This document shows, one piece after another, positions 37,735-48,859 of a stretch of DNA of 64,000 bases; the first letter of the stretch is position 1, and each line of letters begins with the position of its first letter. The notes under the pieces are model-generated. The model saw only the letters and a program-made list of their open reading frames with translations, was not told the origin of the DNA and ran no database searches. The stretch is from the human T2T-CHM13v2.0 reference genome, Homo sapiens, in assembly GCF_009914755.1 (NCBI RefSeq), contig NC_060943.1, one strand, 5' to 3'. The position numbers and the translations under genes are program-made.

Positions 37735-38622
37735 TGCAGATGTGGCTTCAACATGGCTAGACAGGTTCATCCCAGCTCCAAAAGGAAAGGAGCAGATAAG
37801 CATCAGGAAGGCAGCAGAGTACAGAACCTCTGAAAGTTCACTCCTCCATAAAAGCCATAAAAAAAACTGGCAAAAATGGCCAGAAACAACTTTTTCAGAA
37901 CTCTGAAAATTCACCAACTGCTTGCAACACCCCAGGGAGTGTTTATGTAAGAAAAGCAGCTGAATCCCAGTAAGAACCGAGGGCTTTGTAGCATTTTGAC
38001 TTGCCCTAGTCTCATCCTCTTGCTCCAGCTCAGCAGCAGCCTTGGAAATCACCTGCACTCCCTGTACTGAAAGGAATAGAATAGATCTCATTCCCAAAGA
38101 GAGTCATTATTTGACCTGTCTAGTGCTTCCCTGAAAGACCTTGTCTTTATTAGTGGCCCAGTACTAAAAGCCTTGGGGGAGGGAGGAGCATTTGCCTGTA
38201 GCATTTACTAGTGTTTCAACGGGTACAGCTGCCCGAGGTAATGGATAGCATTTGGGGCAAACAATAGACTAATGAAAAGCTTAAAGGAAAAGCTGAGGAA
38301 TGAGATGTCCATAAGGACCCTGAAAAGCTTTGTCACATTCCTGGGAATCTATAAGACCCTGAGAATCTGTCCAGTAGGGCTTTGCACATGTCCAGGAACC
38401 GGAGAAGGCCCTAAGCACTCACCACTGACTGAAGTTGAGGCCCTGCAGGAGCGGGAAGGAAAGTTGAGACAGAGTTGCCAATTTCCTGGCAGAGTGCTGA
38501 CCATGTGCCCCAACAGACGCAGAAAACCCATCTGCAAAGACTGAGAGATATTTCATTCCAGGCATTTAAAGAAACCTCTGTCCAGTTATTAGCTGGCCAC
38601 TAAGCTAAATAAGTAGAGACTT
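37735..38622 (+). mobile_element. Old L1M 5' UTR-region fragment
   Basis: aaaactggcaaaaatggccagaaacaactttttcagaactctgaaaatt...gctttgtagcattttgacttgccct resembles L1M4/L1MB 5' ends. Confidence 0.6.
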
Positions 38623-38844
38623 TGTTACCAAAAAGGGGTCCCGATCCAGACCCCAAGACAGGGTTCTTAGATCTCACACAAGAAACAATTTGGGGTGAGT
38701 TCATAAAGTGAAAGCAGGTTTATTAGAGAAAGTGAAGGAATAAAAAATGGCCACTCTAAAGGCAGAGAGCCGCTTCAGCTGCTAATGATACTTATTGTTA
38801 CTTCTTGATTATGTGCTAACCAAGGGGTGGATTTTTCATGAGCT

Positions 38845-38853
38845 TTCCAGGAA
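38845..38853. promoter_or_regulatory. STAT GAS motif TTCCAGGAA within MER41
   Basis: Exact TTCN3GAA at the position of the MER41B GAS pair; binding is not demonstrated. Confidence 0.5.
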
Positions 38854-39091
38854 ACGAGTGGGAAACTCCCTGAACTGAGGATTCTTTCCCTTTTTAGACC
38901 ATATAGGGTAACTTCTTAACATGGCAATGGCATTTGTAAACTGTCATGGCAATGGTGGGAGTGTCTTTTAGCATGCTAAAATATTATAATGAGCATATAA
39001 TAAGCCATGAGGATGACCAGAGGTCAATTCCATCACCATCTTTTGGCGGGTTTTAGCCAGCTTCTTTACTACAACCTGTTTTATCAGCAAG

Positions 39092-39123
<32 letters not shown>

Positions 39124-39410
39124 TGAGACAGTCTTGCTCTGTCACCCAGGCTGGAGTGCAGCGGCATGATCTCGGCTCACTACAACCTCCGCCTCCTGGG
39201 TTCAAGCAATTCTCTGCCTCAGCCTCCCAAGTAGTTTGGATTACAGGCACCTGCCACCATGCCCAGCTACTTTTTTTTTGTTTTGTATTTTTAGTAGAGA
39301 TAGATTTTCACCATCTTGGCCAGGCTGGTCTTGAACTCCTCACCTCGTGATCCACCCACCTCGGCCTCCCAAAGTGCTGGGATTACGGGTGTGAGCCACT
39401 GTGTCCCACC
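39092..39410 (-). mobile_element. AluSg-type inside MER41
   Basis: Antisense Alu with the 2-bp left-arm deletion (acctcgtgatcc); TSD tttatc(a)gcaag; (GTTTT)n tail. Confidence 0.92.
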
Positions 39411-40099
39411 TTTATCGCAAGGTTTTTATGACCTGTATCTTGTGCCAACCTCCTATCTCATCCTCTGACTTAGAACTCCTAACCTCCTAAGAATGCAGCC
39501 CAATAGGTCTCAGCCTTATTTTACCCAGCCTCTATTGAAAATGGAGTTGCTCTGGTTCAAATGCCTCTGACAGCTTCAGTGGCCACTAGGAACCTATTTT
39601 GATAAGTAAAGGTAAAGAGGTAAAGAGGTTAAGCTGCTTTTCAAGAAACAGCAGGCTGTGCCAACAATGCTGGTTTTAGAGCTGTAGGAACGCAAAAGTT
39701 ACACCCAAACAGAAGGAAATGTTGACAGTGTCTGTAGGGTGCAGTGTGGGCCACAGAGGAAGGTTGGTCTCCAGGAGAATGGGACTCGAGGTTGAAAATG
39801 GGACTCACCTTGGCTTACAGGTTTGCACTAGCAGCCGTGTGTATCCACTCCATCACTCGTCCTCTCTGCAGGATACAAGGCTTTCCAATGCAAAATGGCA
39901 CAGTGTTATGCAGAGTATTAAGTGACTTGATAAGCTTCTCATCAGGGGATGGAATTTCCTCCATTCCTCACAGCAACCAGTTCCCAAGGTTTATTGAGGG
40001 AGCGTCTTGCTAATTGTGTGGCTGTTATGCCGGCTTTCCCAGATGAACATTTTTTTTTAGCATCTCTCACTCCCTAGAAATCCCACTCTGCCTCAGGGA

Positions 40100-40982
40100 T
40101 GTAAACTAAAACTAAAATTCTAAGCTCCCCAACCATCTGAATGGACCCTTCCTCTTGGCCAAGAGCATTCATTCCAGAGTTTACCTGAAAAACGAGTTCA
40201 GGCCATGATGAGGAGGCAAGGGCCGGATACCCTTCACCATACATACGCTCCCCCTATTGGAATTCAGGCACAACTGACCAGCATCAACATTAAAACAGAG
40301 ATCTTAAGACTTTTTGTAGCAATAAGACACCAAATTCCAGCCTGAATGTAGTGTAGCATCACATGAAAGGTATCAGGCCCTGAAAGAAATCAAAATATTT
40401 TACCCTAAAATAGATTTCTTTACACATTTTAAAATGGCCCTGCAAAGCTGTCTCCTGTGGGAAAAATTTACATTCTGTAGCGAATCCCCTTTTCCTTCCA
40501 GATCTTTTCTCTGATCCAGGAGAGAATTAACTAAGAGTCTGGCACTTTTTAAAAGTCAGATAAGAAACATTCACAATCTATTCTTTCTGAAGTCTGCAAC
40601 CTGGAGGCTTCATCTGCACAATAAGAATCTTGGTCTCCACAGCCCCTTATCTGAACTTGGGCACTCCCTTCTGTTGATTCTAGATCTTAACTCTTTCAAC
40701 CAATTGCCAATAGAAACATCTCTGAATTCACCTATAACCTCGAAGCCTCCCCAACCCCACTGCCTTCAAGTTGTCCCACCTTTCTGGGATGAACTAATGT
40801 ACATCTTACAGCTATTGATTGATGTCTTATGTCTCCCTAAAATGTATTAAACCAAGCTGTAGCCTGACCACCTTGGGCACATGTCGTCAGGATGTCCCGA
40901 GGCTGTGCCAAGGTTATTTTAACCTTGGCAAAATAAACCTCTAAATTGATTGAGACTTGCCTCAGATACCTTTTGGTTTACA
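40100..40982 (+). mobile_element. MER4A-type solo LTR (ERV1)
   Basis: Starts tgtaaactaaaactaaaattctaagctccccaaccatctgaatggacc, has AATAAA at about 40932, ends ttttggtttaca; flanks aggga/agggt. Confidence 0.88.
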
Positions 40983-41479
40983 AGGGTGAGGTGAGTCACT
41001 GGGCAGTTTTATTGAGACTGAGAATTTGGTGGTTCTTGGGGTTCCAAAATCCATAAAGACTTTTTTTAGACCTATGTCTACAGAAATAGCCACCCTCTTC
41101 TAGGTTTTGGGTGAAAGCAGCCCTTCCTGGTGGAAAAGAATTTCAGCAGTAGCAAATTGTTTCTTAACATGGCAAAAAAAAAAAAAAAAAAAAAAGTCTG
41201 TCTCAGGAAGACACAATGTCATTATTTCCAACACCATCCTCAACAGGGACCTAGCAAAATTATACGGGCAACAGTGCCATCAAGTGGCCAAGCAGGAAAA
41301 TAACCAATACCTGAAAAAGCGTTTTTTCCAAGAGTGAAATTCTGGTGGAAGCGCTTGGAGGAGAATCATCTGCATTCCCCTGGTTCCCCTCTTTGTCCTG
41401 GGAGGCACAGACAAGCTCCACATTTTCAACTCAGGACTTTCTCAGGTTTTTAACCTTTTCCCAGGAGGCAGTGCGCAGC

Positions 41480-41880
41480 CTCAGGTCAGGGCTGCCTGAC
41501 TTGTCCTCTATGTGCAGCTCCCCTTCCTCAGCCCCTCTGATAGGCGGCGTCCTCTTCACCCGGGTACTGGCTGAGAGGTCACCTCCTCTGAAAACTCTAC
41601 TCACTGCATCTAAAGGAGCCACTGCACTCCACACATCACTCTCTACAAGACACAAGTTTCATTTTTCTTCATAGCCCTTTTCGCATTGAAAATACTTTCT
41701 TTATTCATCTATTTACCTGCATATTTCCTGCCTTTCCCACACCCTCACGCCCTATGTTGAAATTTGATGAGAGTAGAGTCTTACCTGCCTTCCTCACTGC
41801 CATGTCCCACCATTGGGAACAGTGGCCGGAGTAGAGCCTCCAATGCAACACGTGCGCTTGCATGAATGGATAAACGGGAG
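41480..41880 (+). mobile_element. L2 3' fragment
   Basis: tttttcttcatagcc...tgatgagagtagagtctt...cactgccatgtccc..aacagtggcc...atgaatggataaac. Confidence 0.6.
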
Positions 41881-43770
41881 GAAGGAAAGAGGAGAGACGC
41901 AAAGGCCAGTGTTTTACCAGGAGGCCCAAGTGACATTGTCTCCATTAGCAACTTCGGGACCAACATCTTACTTCCCTTTTTTATTTTTAAGATTCAGTGA
42001 CTTCAAATGCAAAGGGAGTTCATATTATCAACTCTTATTTAGAGTGAACCGAGAATCAGTTAATCTGGCTTTAAATATCCCTCAAAGGTGCAGAATTACT
42101 CCAGGTATTGCACGCAGACTGTACCTTCCTTTAAAATCCCTCTGTCCTCATAAAGCTGCTATGGACCCAGGAAATCTCTAAGTGAGTCTTCCCTGTGTAA
42201 CTGAGGAGCACTTGTGTTAAAATACAGAGGATCTCCAGCAACAGAAAAAGAGTGAACCTTTGCCTACGGAACATGACAATTTCCTGGAATCAAAGGCCTC
42301 TCTGCAGTAGCTGATCATGTTTTACATCTGTGGGTTGATCTTGAAGACGTGGGCTTATCAATATATCTTGTCAACAGTGGGCATTCATTTAAATAAAATC
42401 AAAACCTGCAGGCAAAGTTGCCAGAACTGGCAATTTATAGGGGCATTTTCACTCCAGGAGAACTAAAAATAAGCTACTGTTGAGTTTGGATTGCATTTTT
42501 ATCCACATATAAATAGCTTTGGTAGGTCACAGTCGAGGCAACATTGCTAAGGAACTCTGCAGTGTCTCCTCAAATTGTCAGGCCACTATCTTAAAAGACA
42601 GGCAGCTAGTCTATAGCAATTGTGTGGAAACCCTCCAGCTTTTACTTAGATCCCCAGCTGCTGCTTCAGATAATTAGATGGGAAAACTTGCCCTCTGAGA
42701 CAGGTAAGGATGATGGAGTTTTCCGGCAGCGAATTGCATGGCAAATCTGGGCAAGAGCTCCCTTCCAAAGTATCTGGTAACTGAGAGGAAACTCATTTAG
42801 AATTTCTGTCATGCAGAGTTTTCAAAAAAGACTTGGGGAAAGCCGTGCAAACCTGCAAAGATGATATTTGTATCTCCAGGCTGGAAAAGTACCCTTTTAT
42901 CTAGTGATGGCCATGCTGGCTTCTCTGTAAGCACTCACGAATTGCTTTTCGATTTTCATCCAGAATTATAACATCTGCGTACCGTGCCCCACCAACCCAA
43001 GTAAATATGAACTGTGAATACATCCCACCTTCATATCACAGTTCAGCCGTTCTTAGCATTCATTCTTTTACTCGTTAAACACTTGCTAAGCCCTTACTAA
43101 TGCTTCCCTCCCACTGTGCCTGGGCGGGAGGCACGCTGAGATGATGCCCTGCCCTCCAGGTCTGAAGGAGGTGTGGCATAAGGAAGAGTATAACTGAAAA
43201 AGAAGATTCAAAGCACAGCAAGTAAGAGCTTCACCAACTACTTGCTTCGTGCACTTGGCCAGTGACTTAAACTCCCTGAGCTTCAGTTTCCTCACTTCTA
43301 CAGTAGAGGTGATGGCAGAACCTGCCACTTAGAGATGCTACAATCTATGTAAATTCTTCAGGATCTAGCCACACTATTGTAAGCAGTTAGGGAAACCAAA
43401 TATTTTACCCCAAAATATATTTTTGAAATAATTTGAGATGGCTGTTCAGAGATCTGGCAAACAGAAGTCTCCCTGCAAAGCTGTCTTCTGTGGGGGGAGA
43501 TTTGCATCTGTAGGGAAGCTGCACTGATACTGCGAGTTTTTCTCTGAGGCCTCCCCTTGTCCTTGTCTGGATCTAGGAAAGATTCACTGAGATCATGACA
43601 CCTTTTAAGGTCTAAAAAAGACATCTACCACCTACCCTCTCTGAGGGCAGCCACCTGTGAGGTTTTAGCTACTTAACAAGCCTACCTATGCTAGCCAGGC
43701 CTCATCTTCTCCCCCTCCCATCACCTGTTTTACCACCATAATTTGTTTTGCCGCAATCCAAGCCCCAATT

Positions 43771-44358
43771 ATTTTTATTTAATTTCAATTTTCATTTTAG
43801 ATTCAGGGGATGTAGCATGATTGAACCCATCACCCAGGTAGTGAGCATAGTTCCCAATATACAGTGTTTCAACCCTTGCCCCCCTTCCCTTCCCTTCCCT
43901 TCCCTTCCCTTCCCTTCCCTTCCCTTCCCTTCCCTTGCCCCCCTTCCCTTCCCTTCCCTTCCCTTCCCTTCCCTTCCCTTGCCTTCCCTTCCCTTCCCTT
44001 GCCTTCCCTTCCCTTCCCTTCCCTTCCCTTCCCTTCCCTTCCCTTCCCTTCCCTTCCCTTCCCTTCCCTTGCCTTCCCTTCCCTTCCCTTCCCTTGTAAA
44101 GTCCCCAGTGTCTGTCGTTCCCATCTTTATGTCAATGAGTGCCTGATGTTCAGCTCCCACTTATAAGTGAGAATATGCAGTATTTGGTTTTCTGTTCCTG
44201 CATTAATAGGCTTAGGATAATGGCCTCCAGCTGCATCCATGTTGCTGCAAAGAACATGACTTTCGTCTTTTTTATGGCTGTGTAGTATTCTACGGTATAT
44301 ATGTACAACATGTAAATCCACAAATGTAGATTTCTTTATCCAATCCACAGTTGATGGC
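43771..44358 (-). mobile_element. L1PA16-type 3' end fragment containing an expanded pentamer repeat
   Basis: cccatcacccaggtagtgagcatag, cagctcccacttataagtgagaa, ggcctccagctgcatccatgttgctgc; TSD aagccccaatt/aagtcccattt. Confidence 0.88.
43873..44095. repeat. (CCCTT)n = (AAGGG)n, about 44 units with GCCTT/GCCCC interruptions
   Basis: Directly visible. Confidence 0.97.
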
Positions 44359-44530
44359 AAGTCCCATTTTTTTCTGTAGCCTCAAGATGGCATGTAAGCT
44401 TCTGAACCCCTTTGGGAGGTAGGAGTCCTTACTCTGTGTTTTTCTCCCTGTGTGCACATTAACACATTTATATGCCTTTTCTCCAATTAGTCTGACTTTT
44501 GTGGGTTGATTTTTTTCTTTGCAAACCTTC

Positions 44531-46801
44531 CGATATAGCTGTGTCCCCAACTAAATCTCATCTTGAATTCCCAGGTGTTGTGGGAGGGACCCGGTGGGAG
44601 GTAAATGAATCATGGGGGCAAGTCTTTCCTGTGCTGTCTTCATGATAGTGAATAAGTCTCATGAGATCTGATGGTTTTAAAAATGAGAGTTTTTTTGTGC
44701 AAGCTCTCTCTTTGCCTGCTGCCATCCACGTAAGACGTTACTTGCTCCTCCTTGCCTTCCACCATGATTGTGAGGCTTCCCCAGCCATGTGGAACTGTAA
44801 GTCTAATTAAACCTCTTTCTTTTGTAAATTTCCCAGTCTCAAGTGTGCCTTTATCAGCAGCATGAAAACAGACTAATGAGCATTAGACAGACTAATGTTC
44901 ATTAGAACAGTAAATAGGCACCAGTGCAGTGGAGCACTGCTGAGAAGATACCCGAAAATGTGGAAGTGACTTTGGAACTGGGTAACAGGCAGAGGTTATA
45001 ACAGTTTGGAGGATTCAGAAGACAGGAAGATGTGGGAAAGTTTAGAACTTCCAAGAGACTTGTTCGATGGGTTTGACAAAAAAGCGGATAATGATATGAA
45101 CAGTAAGTTCAAAGTTGAAGTGGTCTCAGATGCAGATGAGGAACTTGTGGGGAACTGAAGCAAAAATGACTCTTGCTATGTTTTAGCAAAGAGACTGGCA
45201 GCATTTTGCACCTGCCCTAGAGATTTTTGGAACTTTGAACTTGAGAGAGATGATTAGGGTATCTGGCAGAAGAAATTTCTAAGCAGCAAAGAATTCAAGA
45301 GGTGACTTGGGTGCTGTTAAAGGCATTCAGTTTCAAAAGGGACACAAAGCATAAAAGTTTGGAAAATTTGCAGCCTGACAATGCAATATAAAAGAAAATC
45401 TTTTTTTCTGAAGAGAAATTCAAGCCATCTGCAGAAATTTGCATAAGGAGGAGCTGAATGTCAATCCCCAAGACAATAGGGAAAATGTCTCCAGGGCATG
45501 TCAGAGGTCTTCACATCAGCCCCTCCCATCACAGGCCTGAAGGCCTAGGAGGAAACAGTGGTTTCATGGGATGGGCCCAGGGTTCCTATGCTGTATGAAG
45601 CATAGGGACTTGGTGTTTGTGTCCTCGCCACTCCAGCCATGACTGAAACGGGCCAATGAAGAGCCTGGGCCATGGCTTCAGAGGGTGCAAGCCTCAAGCC
45701 TTGGCAACTGTCAAGAATTGGGGTTTGGGAACCTCTGCCTAGATTTCAGAGGATGTACGGAAAAACCTGGATGTCCAGTCAGAAGTTTGCTGCAGGGGTG
45801 GGTCCCTCATATAGAACCTCTGCCAGGGCAGTGTGGAAGGAAAATATGGGGTCAGAGTCACCACACAGTGTTTTAACTGGGGCACTTCCTACTGGAGCTG
45901 TGAAAAGAGGGCCACTGTCCTCCAGAACCCAGAATGGTAGATCCACTGACAGCTTACACTGTGGGCCTGGAAAAGCCAAAGACACTCAACACCAGCCTGT
46001 GAAAGCAGTTGGGAGGGAGGCTGTACCCTGCAAAGCCACAGAGGCAGAGCTGCTCAAGGCCATGTGAGCCCACCTCTTGCATCAGCATGACCTGGATGTG
46101 AGACATGGAGTCAAAGGAGATCATTCTGGAGCTGTAAGACTTAACTGCCCCACTGGATTTTGGACTTGCATGAGGCCTGTGTCCCCTTTGTTTTGGCCAC
46201 TTTTTCCCATTTGGAATGGCTGTATTTACCTAATCCCTGTACCCACATTGTATCTAGGAAGTAACTAACTTGCTTTTGATTTTACAGGCTCATAGTCAGA
46301 AAAGACTTACCTTTTCTCAGATGAGAATTTGGACTGTGGACTTTTGAGTTAATGCTGAAATGAGTAAAGGCTTTGAGGGACTATTGGGAAGCCATGATTC
46401 GTTTTGAAATGTGAGGACATGAGATTTGGGAGGGGCTGGGGTGAAATGATACAGCTTGGTTGTGTTCCCATCCAAATCTCATCTTGAATTTCCAGGTGTT
46501 GTGGGAGGGACCAGGTGAAAGGTAATTGAATCATGGGGGCAAGTCTTTCCCATGCTGTTCTCATGATAGTGAATAAGTCTCACTAGATCTGATGGTTTTA
46601 AAAATGGGAACTTTTCTGCACAAGCTCTCTCTTTTCCTGATGCCATACATGTAAGACATAACTTGCTCTTCCTTGCCTTCCACCCTGATTGTGAGGCTTC
46701 CCCAGCCACATGGAACTGTAAGTCCAATCAAACCTCTATCTTTTGTAAATTGTCCAGTCTTGGGTATGTCTATTTCAGCAGTGTGAAAACGGACTAACAC
46801 A
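44531..46801 (+). mobile_element. Full-length THE1A MaLR element (5' LTR about 44531-44878, internal region, 3' LTR 46447-46801)
   Basis: Two similar LTRs of about 350 bp (aaatctcatcttgaatt.ccaggtgttgtgggagggacc) around THE1-internal sequence; perfect 5-bp TSD CCTTC at 44526-44530 and 46802-46806. Confidence 0.95.
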
Positions 46802-47924
46802 CCTTCAGAAGTGGAGTTTTTCTCTTGGCCCCTAATAAACTGGAACTTCAAGGATTCAGCTGGGAAGGGGAATATTTCCAGGCACCCATGGTTACACAGC
46901 TGGTGAGAAAATTCCCAAAGGCTTTATGGAGTTCTGGCACTTTGGGTGAATCACTTCCTGGCCTCAGGACTCATTTCCTTATTATTTAGTTGTGGAAGTT
47001 GAATTAAAGTTGATTCCATCCAGCTCTTACTTTCTATTGTTTGACCTGAGTCATAAAAAAATAGGATTTGGACTTGCAGAGATAAAAGAGAAAAGGATAT
47101 TCCCAGAGGAGACTAGCAGGGAGTATTCTTTAATCAGAAACATCACCCTTGTTGACCACCATCTATAGAACATTTAATTCAGCAGTTGCTTCCTGAGCAT
47201 CTACCGTATACCCAGGAGAGATGTTCAAAATACTTAACAGCTAGGCGTGGGCCCCAATGGCCTAAGGAATGGATGCTGGCCAAGGTGCTGGGGCAGGGTC
47301 TAGGGACCTCTGCTGGGCCAGTGTTACCTAACAGGGGATCTTGATGAGGTCCTGGGATAGGAGCAGAGTGGCCAGGAAAAGAAGGGGGAGTATTACCATG
47401 GTAGCTCGGTGCAGTGACTTGTTACTAATAACATGTAAATTCTCACACTCCAATGTGTCAAAGTTGAGTAAAATTCAGCCCCTTTCCTCAGTCTCTCAAG
47501 CAAGCAATGCTCCCATGAGCCAGCAACTTCATCAGTGGGAATGACAATGAGTGACAAGGCCCAGTAGAGGCAGCCAGCCCACGAGAGGCAGGGGATTGAC
47601 TCCCTCCAACTGCCAGGGAGGTGAGATCAGGCACAGTCTTCCTCTCAGGGGTCATTCCTAACCCAGACAGTGCTCAGGGGAAAGGACAGACATTTCCCTC
47701 TGTGCAGATCCAAGCGGTAGGCCGATTACCAGTGGCAGCTACCACAAATGTAAATACAGAGTGAAAAATGGAGGCAAGGCCAAATGAACGCTGGCAGGTC
47801 TAGGGTGATGGGCCTCCTGTGTCAGGAATCTTGCAACCGCCACCGGGGAGGGGTGTAATATAATAACAACAGTCAGAAGTGACATTGGCCATAAACCTCC
47901 AACACATGCCAGCTGAAAACCGGG

Positions 47925-48480
47925 CCTTAACAAGTCCAGTATTGATGCCCTGGACCTGACACTGTGTTAATACATTATCCAAATGCACTCTCTCATTTGA
48001 TTATCAAACCACTCTGTGAGGAAGGTACTTTATTTTGTACTTTTTTTAGATGGAGATTTGCTCTTATCGCCCAGGCTGGAGTGCAATGGCACAATTTCGG
48101 CTCACTTGCAACCTCCGCCTCCCAGGTTCAAGCGATTCTCCCACCTCAGCCTCCCAAGTAGCTGGGATTACAGGTGCCCGCCACCATGCCCGACTAATTT
48201 CTGTATTTTTAGTAGAGACAAGGTTTCACCATGTTAGCCAGGCTGGTCTGGAACACCTGACCTCAGGTGATCTGCTCACTTTGGCCTCCCAAAGTGCTGG
48301 GATTACAGGCATCAGCCACCGCACCTGGCCGATGAAGGTACTTTATTATTTTCATATTAGAGAAGGAGAAACTAGGCCTTTGTAAGGCCAAAGCTTACAA
48401 AGCAAGTTAGAAGCTAAGCCAGAGCTTGCACTAAGGCCTGACTGACCCTGGGGTCTAGTCCTTAACCACAGTGCTGAGCC
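47925..48480 (-). mobile_element. MIR split by an Alu
   Basis: tctcatttgattatcaaaccactctgtgag..gtac / ttattattttcatattagagaaggagaaactagg...cttaaccac. Confidence 0.65.
48035..48330 (-). mobile_element. AluS (Sq/Sp-like) with 17-bp TSD
   Basis: TSD ga(g/t)gaaggtactttatt at 48018-48034 and 48331-48347. Confidence 0.94.
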
Positions 48481-48859
48481 ATCTTCTTAAACTTGCACAG
48501 TTAATGTGTAACTGAAACCACACCTACCCACGTGCTGGCTGACAAATTCCAGGTCCTTCAGGCAGCATGAATACTTCATCCTTGAAAATTTTTCTGGATC
48601 CTTAAATCAGACAAATGAACCCACAGTCCTCCTGCCCATGGAAGACACCATTAGCCTTCCCAATAAGGAAAATTACTGGGATGCTATTTTGACATACTGA
48701 GAGTTTTTCCCCCAGAATTTCATTGCATCTCATTCCTTTCTTCCTTTCCAACCATCAGGCCATTTCTTGTTAACTGCGTGGGAGAAAGTATAGAAGAATA
48801 AGAAAAAGCAAGGGAGCTGAAGTAGGCCCTACTGATGCTGCATCCATGCCCCTTCAGTC

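Larger units (their letters stand above)
38623..39572 (-). mobile_element. MER41B-type solo LTR (ERV1), interrupted by an Alu
   Basis: Terminus tgttacc..aaaggggtcccgatccagaccccaaga; other end aaatggagttgctctggttcaaatgcctctgaca; TSD ACTT/GCTT. Confidence 0.88.
43377..46835 (+). mobile_element. MER4-group LTR split into three pieces (about 43377-43770, 44359-44530, 46802-46835) by an L1 fragment and a THE1A
   Basis: aaatattttaccccaaaatatat...ccctgcaaagctgtct (shared with the MER4A at 40394-40455); the sequence resumes across both insertions via TSDs. Confidence 0.7.

Noticed and set aside
41174-41195. A22 run as a possible retro-insertion
   Set aside because: No flanking TSD or element body; treated as a simple mononucleotide run.
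43748-44166. (PFPSL)n and (REGKG)n ORFs
   Set aside because: Translations of the (CCCTT)n microsatellite.
45672-46067. 131-aa ORF
   Set aside because: Decayed THE1 internal ORF remnant.
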